From: Ptychomitrium polyphyllum
Taxonomy: Eukaryota
DNA length: 64,000 nucleotides
Assembly: GCA_973851085.1 (NCBI GenBank)
Contig: OZ316775.1
Location: 4,402,001 to 4,466,000, forward strand
Direction of reading: 5' to 3'
This document shows positions 26,600-39,612 of this stretch, piece after piece. How positions within the stretch are numbered: the first letter of the stretch is position 1; each line of letters starts with the position of its first letter. Made by a program: the position numbers and the translations under genes. The notes under the pieces were generated by a model. That model did not search any database. It saw nothing but the letters and a program-made list of their open reading frames with translations, and was not told the origin of the DNA.

Positions 26600-27610
26600 C
26601 GTCAACTTACACTCAACTAAAGCCAACCCCAACAAAACTCCAAATGAGCTATTTTTTGGTAAGAAACCAGGCATCTTACATCTTCGTGTTTTCAGTTCCA
26701 TTGCATATGTCTACGTTCCATCTGGCAAAAGGTCCTAGCTCGACTTCCACACCCAGAAGTGCATCCTGCTCAGCTAGGACGCCCAATTGAAAATTTCAAC
26801 AAAACGCCACGAGATTGATTGCGTAGAAACTTTTGCATCGGTGGTTTGACGGGAGATTATTCGCACTGTCGCAGCTATTGCGGAACACAATAATTTGCCC
26901 ATCCATCAGATGGATATCCAAACCGCATTCCTCAATGGCCATTTAACGAAGGAGGTCTATCTTGAACAACCCGAGGGATTCGTTGTACCAGGCCAGTAAT
27001 CGACAGTCTGCAGATTCCACAGAGCTCTTTCAGGATTCAAACAGCCCACGTCTCTGGTACTCTCGATTTGATCATTATCTTTAAAATTAAGGCGTGCAAA
27101 AATCCAAGCCGATCCCAACGTGTATTACCGTCACGACGCTCAAGGCGCCATTGTTCTCATACTACGTGTGGACGACCTTAAGCTAACGGGCAGTCGCATG
27201 AGTCTCATTCATGAGCTCAAGAAACTCCTTCAAACAGAATTCGTATGACGGATTTTGAGTGAGATTTGCAAGTTTCTAGGTGCTGAGTACACTCGAACCC
27301 AACACGGCTGTTGCCACACCAGACTTCCTATACCGTTCAAATTCTCGCAGACTTTCATATGGAAGAAGCAAACCCCAGCTATATCCCTATGGACGAAGGC
27401 TTGCAGCTTTGCAAAGACACCGGCACTCTTTTGTGCGATCAGCAGTTCCATCGCCCTATGGTCGGCCAACTCCACGAGTCGATCAAAACTCGTTTTGACA
27501 TCGCCCTGGCCGTCGGGATTTGCAGCCGCTCTACGAATAGCTCTCAACTTGCACATCTTCAGGCAGCCCAGGAGATCTTGTGGAATACTTGGATGGCTGA
27601 TTTGGTAGTG
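26600..27610 (+). mobile_element. Ty1/Copia pol relic (post-integrase SH3-like segment fused by deletion to RT)
   Basis: HLRVFS-like/IAYVYVPSGKRS*LD..KCILL segment, then ETFASVV..IHQMDIQTAFLNGHLTKEVYLEQPEGFVVPG and LRVDDL (YVDD site), with stops and frameshifts; no LTRs seen. Confidence 0.88.
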
Positions 27611-28101
27611 GAGTTTCAATAGGGTCACACTTTTACAACGCACAATAGCTGTTCCTCTTAAAAGTTTAGGATACGACACAGTGGTCAAATCTAGTGTACC
27701 ATATCGAATCACCTTGTCCACATGAATGAGATGACTCTGCAAGTAATGTTGGTTATCTGTTTATAGAGTAACCAAGGTTGTTCAGAGAGTAATACTTAGT
27801 TCCTAGAGCAAGAAACAAAGTCATAAGCTATGACTGTCTCTCTCTTATTCCTTCTAATTGTCGTGCACATAAGGCAAAGATGACTGTCAAAGTTACATCC
27901 CATGTCAATCACCAAGTCCTATGTCGGAAACTTGACCAAAGGCTAGGCCTGGAGAGAGCCAACACATGTCTCTGCAAATCACGAGAACTTACTCGCCTTC
28001 AGCAAGAATCAACAGCTCTATTCCCAGGCTCCGTCAGTAGGCTTAGCAAAAGTAGGCTTATCAGCTTTGCGTTGTAGTCCAACCGTGATGGATGTGCCAA
28101 C

Positions 28102-31100
28102 TCACATAGGAAAAAGCTCGTCCATGCTGTCATCACATTCACACCACGACAAATTATTACCTCCAGTTTGAAGTCAATACCAAGAGCCTACTTGTTATCA
28201 GTTATTTTGTCGGTGCTAACACTGGTACATGATATTGTTCTGTATCCTCATCCTGAATGCCGAGTACATGATCAACTCATTCGTTTGAATTTAACTAATA
28301 GGTGAACCCAGTAAAGAAATCTTACTCCAACAATTGGATCCAGGTTAATTTTATTTGGTACAAGATATCCATAGACGGGGTCATCCGGAGGTAGTTGAGT
28401 GAAATGGAACCAACCTGTGACCCAGAGACTCGATGATATTGCTTGTAATGGTGCTCCGCTTGTGCTGAGCAAATGCATTTGCAGCAGCCTTCCGACATAG
28501 CAAAGATCCCGCTAATGCACCAACCATTGTGGGGTTGTCAGAGACCCTGTTTAATGCCATCAGAGTGTCATTCAAGGCCTTGTTACTTCAAGTATTTTCC
28601 ACATTGCAATATATTCTAAACACTCATTTCAAGCGTTCAATGCGCAGTAGAACTCCCACTAAAACGAAAATAAAATTGAGAGAAGACGTTGCGCCTGATT
28701 TTATGCCGTTATCTCACCTCTCCTGCACATCCTTCTTGCCATCGGCATTCTCATTGCTGAAATACTCTTTGGCCCACGAGACAAAGACGGCAGTGCTGTA
28801 TCAAAATTTGCCAAATGTGGGCGAGAGTTATTCCAAGTATTTCAACAATGGTAGTCGAGGACAATCCACTATGCTATAACTATTTGTATGTAACTCAAGG
28901 TACGGAAACCATTTGTCCTTGATTTGATTATTACCTGCCAGAAAGGACATCACCTTGACCACCACATCGCCGGGGAGAGCCATAGTAATCGGAGCTTAAC
29001 ACTGCAACACAAAATTCCTCGTTTGTATGCTTTTGTGTAGAACCCGATCAGAAACAGTTTCCAACGACTTGAGCTGAATGGCTAATTCACGGACGATCAA
29101 AGGCATCATGAATCTTGTATCACCTTTAGATTCCTAATGCTCAGAGCACAAAAAATTAGATTGTGTAGGAGGAACATACCTTTTTTACCATCACTGATGT
29201 AGTCCGTTTTTCCTTTCTGTACGATGGTGACGCCTTCCATCCTGATAAGCAACAAGGAAGATAGTCAACAACTCATAACCCGAGGGAGAGAACAGCAGTA
29301 CTGTGAATTTGGTGTTCCATTGATAAACAAATCAAACGAAGAGCCAGCCCTGCGCAAGTATTTCCTAACAAGAATAGATTAGAAATACAATAAAGAATTT
29401 TGTCTTCATACAGCAACTGCAAAAAAAAGACAATTCAGAACACTAGGCATAAGTGAAACGAAAGAAGGAACAACACACTATATTTAGGCATATTGCAAAT
29501 GAGTACATTTTAGCAAGCTCTTGCAGCTGGCCAGGAACATCTTCGATAGAGATTTCATTCGAATTTGCAGGAACGTCCTCATTCTCTTCTCTATTAAAAT
29601 CAATAGACTTTTCGTCATTTATCGTAGAGAATCTTCTTGTTTATTATTACCTAATACAAAGGCATTTAAATGCGTTTTGTTTTCATCTGAAAATAAAAAA
29701 AGAGAATGCGTACTTTTTAGCAAGTTCTTGCAGCTGGCCAGGAAGGTCTTCGTTGGATATTTCATGCGGATTTGTAGTAACCTCCTCGTTCTTTTCTCCC
29801 ACAATCTTTGCCACAAGCCGCTTGTGCTCCATAACATTCGGAGTCAAAATTGCAAGAGGATACCCAATAATTATCTCAGGCTGGTTTGTCACCAAAAACA
29901 ATCCATCCTGCATCACAAGAACTTTTGTATAATATTTCTTTACGATCCAGAGGTCGATGATAAGAAGCCAACCGAATTGATATTCAAATCACAGCTTTTT
30001 GGAATGTCACACAAAACGTGAAACACATCATTCGAAGTAAATCGATAATCTGAATACCATACTTTTACATAAGACAGCAATTCATACCTCACAAATACGT
30101 AGCATGATAATGCATTTTGAAACAACTGAGGATATAGGACGTGAAATGTTACCCCGTCTAGCACAAGAGGGATATTCTTAGATTTGGCTTCCTCGATGAT
30201 ACCAGCAACACATTCCTGTTTCCATTCCCCCCACGACACATGCATCATGTTTCTAAATCTATCTTAACACCTTCAAGGTCAACAAGGTTGTGCACAAAGC
30301 AAGCGATCAACATATCTCCGAGGTGGAAGGTGATAAAAAGGTCAGGGCTCAGTGACCCTGTAAAATGAACGTAGAACACTAATGCCAATATAACAGTTGC
30401 AACGAAACTTAGAAACGTCAAAGTGTTTATAAGCACTAGAAGTTGGCAACAGGGCGTACCAGGAGTACAGCATCACGACCAAGGCCTGGACCAATAACAA
30501 TGCAATCAAAACGCTCTAGCCACTTCCCCACTTCTGCAAGTACTTTATCTTTCAAATCACTCCTCTCCCCCTCCCCAATTTCTCTGCACGAAAAGAGAAT
30601 AGTATTGAGGTCAGCTTCAGCCCTATCCTAAAATTTAAAGCACGTCGGTTACAGTGGGAGTCCTCTTGCTCATTTTATCCCACGATAACATTCAAACAAT
30701 CACATGCTCCAAAGCCGAGTTTGAGGACGGTCTACTTCAGGATTCTCAAAACATAAAGATATCTGCCATGCAGTATTGATCAATTCTTGAGATTTAAAAA
30801 AGGCAAGAGAATTTACCCTACGTCATATGATTCATGAAGAACAGGATGCACAATCAACTCAGGACTGTAACTCTTGATGACAGTCGCAGCCCCAACCGTG
30901 CAGAACACATGTGCTATGTCTGCCCCCTGTGCCCCACCGATCACTATCCATGCTTTCAAACTTGACCGTACAACAAACCACACGTACACCAGGTCCACAT
31001 AAATCTAAACTATCATGGGAAAAACATAATGACAAATGATGCATGTAACATAGCCGCAGAGTCATAAATGGGTAACATTCACAGAGAGACATAACCACAC

Positions 31101-31712
31101 TATCCAAAGCCTCTTCTACATCATAAACATCAATAAAACGTCCTAGAAATTTATTACAATCTGTAGATGACTGACCATTTTGAGAGCCGATATGGAAGCA
31201 AAATATGGTGCTCCAGTGTACTCCCTGCAGCCTCCAATAACAGCAATTTTCCCTGCAAATCAGTTTGCGACAATTCAGCAACAGATCAACACAATTAGAC
31301 ACATATAGCCTCTCAGCTTTCTAATGTTCAGATTAAGTGGAAGAGCAGGCTTACCAGCTTGTCCTTTGTGCCGGCCGGGGGCGAGAACAGGAACGACTTT
31401 CTGCAGGGCTGGTAATATTTTCTGAAGCTCACTCTCTTTGGGGTCCATTGCGTCCACCTGTGTGGCCTTCCTCTCTGGCGAGTTGTTTGGAGGCGTAGTA
31501 AAGCTACCCGAGGAAGAAGGCGATGAGGACGAGAGTGACGATGACGAAGTTGAATATCGCCGAGGTCGTTTAACTTTTGGGGATCGGCTCTGCCCTGGCA
31601 ACGACCTCAACAGCTGTGGAGTATGACACGAGAGTTGAGTGACATAGCCTCGAGACGCTGTCACGCTGAGGCTCAAATGCGAGCGCAAAACTAACAAGCA
31701 CCCACTTTGCAT
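28102..31712 (-). CDS. NNRD: ATP-dependent (S)-NAD(P)H-hydrate dehydratase (YjeF-C/carbohydrate kinase family) with N-terminal transit peptide
   Basis: About 10 GT-AG exons give [102 protein letters not shown] and ..SMDELFPM* (stop 28102-28104). In-frame ATGs at 31712 and 31448. Confidence 0.93.
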
Positions 31713-32231
31713 TCTCTCGCTGCGAAAGCAAGCGCTCACACCCACCGCTACAATTCAGAAAACCCGTTATAACATGATTATTGACTCTCGAAAACCCAAC
31801 AAATGGATTTCTTCCATCCGAACACTTCACGAAACCACCACCTCATCTATTTGACCTAATCCATCCTTTTCCATTAGTGTAGAAGAGAATCACGCGTACA
31901 GTGGCAACTCAACAAAACAAACAGAGCACTTGCACAAATAATGGCAATTCACAAGTCAAATCCAAACCATCCTCCTTCTCGTCCAAGGGTATACAAATCC
32001 ATTTCTACACTGGTGCTCTAACGGTCTCGAATACTAAAACAACAAGACGAAACTCTTTCCTAATCCATAATTCCGAAACGTCCCACGCTCTGAAACAACA
32101 AAACGGGTATCCGTAGCATGCGAGACTTCCTCAAAGACAGACTCGCGGGGTGCTACAATTCTTTGACACAAATTCACGAATTCACAAATTGACCAGCCCT
32201 TTAACCTAGATTGAAGGTTAATAAGATTGAT

Positions 32232-32774
32232 TTATTCTATAAGGAATAATGATTTTAGGAATGAAGCAAAAACCTCGTTAGCTACAACTTCCAACCGTGT
32301 TCCTTCGAAAGTATAGCCAGCATTAGCAATGTCCTCTAACTCCTTCCGCTGCGCTCGTTGCTCTTTCTGCATCACCTCCTCTGCTAACTCTTCTAAACGA
32401 GATCGTTCCAATTCCTCCATTGGGCTCGACTTCAAATTCTTCTCACAAGATTCCCTCCAAAAGATAAGACCAGCTAAAAGTGACCGGGGAGCACAACACA
32501 TCATCCTCCATCCGTGCATTTACAAAACCGCATCCTCAACACTACCATCATCATCACAACCATTCAACAACCATTCAACAGATGACCACAGAATCTAAAG
32601 CAGATTACCTGCCAACAACTGGTTGCACACACAGAAGGCGATGCCCACAGAGTACCTCAGTCTGGGTTGAGTGAAGATCGACAACGGCACTGAATGGCCA
32701 AGTCCGAGTCGATTGAGAGCTCCAAGTGGGTGCACCTTGAGGGGAGGAAAGGCAAGCAGAAGCCATCTGGACAT
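32232..32774 (-). CDS. Possible small spliced orphan ORF (acidic, helical C-terminal part)
   Basis: ORF from ATG 32774 joins ORF 32232-32519 in frame through a GT-AG intron at 32608-32474; encodes MEELERSRLEELAEEVMQKEQRAQRKELEDIANAGY. Family not recognised. Confidence 0.3.
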
Positions 32775-33273
32775 CCTCGGCGGTTGGACACTTGTTGTCT
32801 TCAACGCTACGCGTGCATATGCACATGAGTTGATACCCTCACTTGTCAGTTGTTCTAGCAGGGTATGATAATCGCACAACCTCGTCACTTGAAGCTTTTC
32901 CGCAACTTTGTCAAGTTCCTAGCGATGGTTGCGTTAACTTTTCCAAACTATAAAGACTTCGTCTGAAATCCACCTAGGTTCTATTTGAGGTGCTGAGCAA
33001 CCCAACGTGGAGCGCCCTCCTTTCATCAACACTGTCAACGACACTCTAGTTTCTGCGGAAAATTCTAGTTTTCTAGTAAGTTAGTCAATGTGAAGAAGAA
33101 GTGATGAATGCCAGGCATGTATGCAGATTTGGATATGAATTCTAAACTATAACTCCCACCTTGGGAATTCTGACACTGTGCACCTATGTGGTGTTGCGAT
33201 TGCGACCAATGGATTGGTTGTAGCAGGAGCGGTTTAAGTTCATGCTAAGGCTCGAGAGTCTTATGCTTTCGCC

Positions 33274-36237
33274 ATGGCTATGGCAGTCTGTGGAGCAGTA
33301 ACATCGGCAGTGGCATCGACATCATCTGCTCTGGGAGCACCACTGGCCAGCTTCAGTAAAGCTCAACTGCTTGCAGCTGCGCCATCGCTGTTGTGGGAGG
33401 GAACACTCATTGAAAGAAATAGGAAGCTGGCTTCGAGAGCTGCAGTGAGAGCTCTGGTCAAAGAGGAGGCGCCTGGTGTAGCTCTCCCTGACTCTGCACA
33501 ACCAGGTATGAATTCAACAGGCACGTTTTGCTGGGAGTTCATGTTCTGCGTCGTCGTTGGGTTGCGTGTCGTTCGGATGCGCACCGTGATACATCTGAGT
33601 GTGTAATTCATTTCATTCCGCAGCCAAAGCGGAAGCCGACATTGTAGTGATCGGCAGCGGCGTCGGAGGGCTGTGCTGTGGCGGGCTTCTCGCGCGTTAC
33701 GGACAGGATGTGCTTGTGTTGGAGAGCCATGACATCCCTGGTGGCGCTGCGCATTCTTTCGACATCAAGGGATATCACTTCGATTCAGGCCCATCGCTTT
33801 TTTCCGGACTCTCATCTCGTGGGCCGCAGGCCAACCCTTTAGCCCAGGTTTGCTAAATCAAGTCCTATTCTCTCCTCAATCGACAAAATGGTGCTGGATT
33901 TTCAATCGCAGTGAAGCTGACTGATAGTGGAATCCCAATTCTTGTGTGTTTTAGGTCTTGGATGCCCTTGAGGAGCCTGTGGATTGTGTACAATACGACT
34001 CATGGATGGTGCACGTTCCTGAAGGCCAGTTTCTTTCTCGAATTGGTCCCACGGAGTTCTATAAGGTAACATCTCCTTCAGAGCTTACTTGCGTTTCGGG
34101 CATATTGCAACGATGGCACGGTTTACTCCTTGAGAACATCCATGGACTATGTTTGTGTCTGCATGTGAGTACTTGAATCAGATTAGGTTCATGCATGTCG
34201 TGCAGGATTTACAGCAAGTTGCTGGATCAGATGCAGTGGCAGATTGGCGCAAGCTCCAGGTAGAATCACAAGCCTTTTGCAATGTAAATTACATGTTTTG
34301 GTGGATATTTAGTTATTATGATTTGCACTTCCTACTCATCGTAGTTTCTTGTAGATGACCTTGTAAGTGTGATGTTTACCACAGGAAGCGATTCTTCCTC
34401 TGTCAACAGCAGCCATGGCTCTGCCTCCAGCAGCGATACGAACAGACTGGGGGGCTTTAGTCACGACACTAGGGCGCTATGGGCCATTGCTGCTCAGAAC
34501 GTTCTTGCAAATGGGTCCACAAGGGTTTATGCGAGCCGGGAAGTTGCTCGGGCCTTTTTCGGAGCTGGTGGACTCGCTCGAGATTCGCAATGCGTTCGTG
34601 CGCAATTGGGTGGACTTGTTGTCGTTCCTCCTCTCCGGTGTAAAAGCAGATGGAACACTTGCTGCAGAAGTGGTAAGAATGCCCTTTTTCACATCTTGCT
34701 CTTATCCAAAAGCATCAATTTATAGATGAATTTCACTTGCTTGAAATGCTGTCTCACATCTTACTTCTTGCTCATTCTCTTAACATATTGCGGCGTGCTT
34801 AAATAGGAGTTGGTTTTGCGAGTGGTCACATTCTTGAAACCTGTGCGCTGGCAGGTCTATATGTTCGGAGAGTGGTACAAACCGGGTTGTGTGTTGGAGT
34901 ATCCACGAGGTGGCACAGGGGCGTTAATCGATGCGCTCGTGCGGGGCTTGAAGAAACACAAAGGTCGTCTCTCGCTTAACTCCCACGTTGATACGATTCT
35001 CATCGAAGGAGGGCGCGCTGTAGGCGTGAAGCTCAGAAACGGGCAGGCGAGCACCTTGCAAACTAGTTCATCATGGGGACCTCTCTTTGAAAAGCCTATA
35101 TTACTGAGGATATCTCGGTACCCTCATGAAGAGCAGCATCTTGATCTGAATTTCATTCAAGCAGATTGTGCTAGCTATCTCCTTTTAGAAAGGTGCCTTG
35201 AATAATTGAACTTTTGGATTTGAGGTATTGCAGGCTGTACGTGCTCGCAAAGCAGTGATTAGCAATGCATCAATATGGGACACTGTCCCCATGATTTCCC
35301 CCAGCGACCTCCCAGCAGAGCTTCGCATCCGAGCTGATACCACACCCCGGTGTGACTCTTTCATGCATCTTCATCTTGGAATTGATGCCCAGGTGAGGTT
35401 CAACAGCAAAGTACACGGTATCATAGGAGCATTTTAATTTGTGATTGAAAGTTGTCCCGAAGAATCCAGATGAAAGCACCAAGGCTCATGTATCCGAGTT
35501 TCTGTCTGTTGTCTGCAGAATCTCCCAAGTGACCTACAGATTCACTACATCGTGGTTAACGATTGGGCGCCCGGGGTAGATGCCGCCCAAAATGTTGTCC
35601 TTATCTCTATTCCAAGTGTCCTTGATCCGTCGCTGGCACCCCCAGGCAAGCATGTCTTGCACGCTTACACGCCTGGCACGGAGCCATACGACATTTGGAA
35701 AGGACTGGATCGTAAAAGTACGGCTTATCGCCAGTTGAAAGCTGAACGATCTGAGGTAAATCTTTTCTTCATAACCGGCTTCTACAACCAATTTCTACAT
35801 TAGTCTGATTAGGTTGTAAGACGAGCTAAATTGGATGTGTGTTTCATCTTTCAGTGATCAATAAATTATTTAAGTGGATAGAAATTAATATGAAGGTGAA
35901 TGATTGTTTTGATGGTGATTAGGTATTGTGGAAAGCCGTGGAAAGAGCCCTTGGCCCAAGCTTCTCCCGCGACAGCTGCGAAGTTAAATTGGTGGGAACG
36001 CCACTTACACATGAGAGGTATCTTCGCAGGAAGCGTGGCACTTACGGTCCGGCTATTCGTGCTGGGCAGGGCATGTTTCCAATGCCGTCCACTCCTATCG
36101 ACGGTCTTTACTGCTGCGGTGACTCCGTCTTTCCAGGAATTGGGATTCCAGCAGTAGCCGCCAGCGGGCTCGTCACAGCGAATACTCTCGTCTCGGTTTC
36201 CGACCATTCCAAACTTTTGGAAGCTATTGGGCTGTAA
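33274..36237 (+). CDS. Carotenoid-isomerase-like (CRTISO-like/phytoene desaturase superfamily) FAD-dependent oxidoreductase, plastid-targeted
   Basis: Nine exons. Ala/Ser-rich transit peptide, Rossmann motif DIVVIGSGVGGLCCGGLLA..VLESHDIPGGAAH, FDSGPSLFSG, YPRGGTGALIDALVRG, C-terminal GLYCCGDSVFPGIGIPAVAASG. Resembles recalled Arabidopsis At1g57770 rather than canonical CRTISO. Confidence 0.9.
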
Positions 36238-36791
36238 GAAGTCCTCCTGGATGATCAACTACAGGTACACTAATTACTCTGTAATGAATCTCACGATTTG
36301 TAGTAAATTCTTATTTGGTTCAGTATTATCACCAGCGTTGAATTGGGGATAGGTTTTTGAGGTATGCGTAAATGTTAGTGTTGGTGTTGATCTTTCTGAT
36401 GACAGATTAGCTGCTCTCTACATTTCCATAGTTGCCCATTTCTATTAATTGATGAATTTGAATTGACTTTGTGCACTACAGTCTACAGATAGACGAGACT
36501 CTCGTTTCGGCGATTATTGATGTTTTTGACGAAAGTAAGACACGTGAGCACGAGCAGACAAGTATGCCTAACTACGTGACCATAAAACTTGATGGGTATG
36601 TACCATTTGAACTGCTGGTAGGTACCGTATATACAGCCAAGAAGAAAGCAACAATCTTCACATTTCTGGTAGAGTTCTCTAGTTTAGCCAGTTCAGAAGG
36701 AGCCTTTCAAGCACCTTGCTCGCTGATGTATTGAGTGCAAACTCTTCAGTTAATTATCTGTTTCAGGACACATATATTTTGGGGAATGTAA

Positions 36792-38111
<1,320 letters not shown>

Positions 38112-39612
38112 TAAGCCCCACTGCCTACTACAAATTCAAAATTATGAACAAGTGATGAACCTTCAAAATGCTATGATAAACATTAGTTGATTGACTCACC
38201 CCTCGATCATTGACCCACATATAAACTACTACAGAATATCATGATATACTTAGAGATCCGCCTTCAAGCCTTGTATATTTTGTACACAATACATTTACAT
38301 AACGTTATAAACTTTTGTACTTAAAATAAACTCCTAACTTTAAAGTAGACATCTACTATTTCAAAATGAACTTACACGTGCTTTTACTTGACCTAACGTA
38401 AATCTAAGGTCTAATAATACTTCACAAACCTACACCAGTGAAATACTTCAAATACACCTAAGTATTGAACTATACCACAATTTTCGTCTGTACAGTACTG
38501 GCCACCACAAACTCGTGACAAATTTGAATTGCAGGTACTAAGTCAAAATGTTTGAAAGGTCCCTGGGAACAGTTTGCTTCCAGAAAATAAACAACTACAA
38601 TTTTTCTGTATGGTCGCGCCAGCAAGCCTGCGAGATCCCCGCATGTTGCACGTTTGAGCTCCATAAGCACATCTAAGGGTTGCATACCCAAAAACCATCG
38701 CTGCACCCTAATCTGACAATATCTAGGAAATGCGTACATTCCACTCTCCGAAGTCTGAGAAAGTCGGAGATGGTACCTATAACGCGGTTTAAGATGCAGT
38801 GACGGTCCGTCACTCTACATGAATTTTGCCAATACCTTGAAATAATGTGGATTTCACGAACTAAAATGTATGGAAGTCGTAGATGATTTCGGTTTTGTGT
38901 GCAGTGACGGTTATTGACATTCATTCTGTGCAAGCGCCCCACATGCTCCTGTACCATCATTTGCGTTTTGTTTGTGTTGAGATGATGCATTCAATCGATC
39001 TTGGCCCTCAGCTCGCAATCTGCATGACATGAATATAGGAGGAAGTTTCTACCGATGATTTGATGGCTTCTAGTGGACTGCGTGTATTTTGGTAACGAAC
39101 TTGTGCACCGATGTCGAGCTGAGGATGTCGACAATTGGAAATGGTGATGATGATGACGATGATGAGCCCCGCATTCGGGGTCCCGTGACGGAGACGTCGC
39201 TTCCGTGGACGTGGGAGCTCAAGAGTCTAGAGTCTAGACATTAAGACCATTTCACTCGTGTTTGCAAGTTCACAGACTGTCACTGGGTGTATACAGTACT
39301 TTGCTTTTTAGATTGCAGTGGGCGGGAGAGAGCTTCAAATCTGTGTTGGAAACTGAGAGTTTGCAGGTGCCGCGGCACCAGGTTCAGATCTGTTCGAGCA
39401 AGGCTTTGTCAATTTACGAGGGAGCTTAGTACACTATCGTAGCACACCAAACTCCCAGTTTTGGTTCAGGTTGTGAGTATTTTCATATAAGTGACGGTGG
39501 TTCTTGGAGGTGGGTGAGGATGGTGTAAAGACTTTTTGAAAGTGGAAGACGGGGTTGAGGAACTGGGGCGGGTGAGGGGTGAAGGACACGAGGGATTAGC
39601 GGAGCTTCCGCT

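Noticed and set aside
29453..30021. 159-aa and 166-aa plus-strand ORFs with an internal repeat
   Set aside because: Antisense shadows of NNRD exons; the repeat is the duplicated exon reported above.
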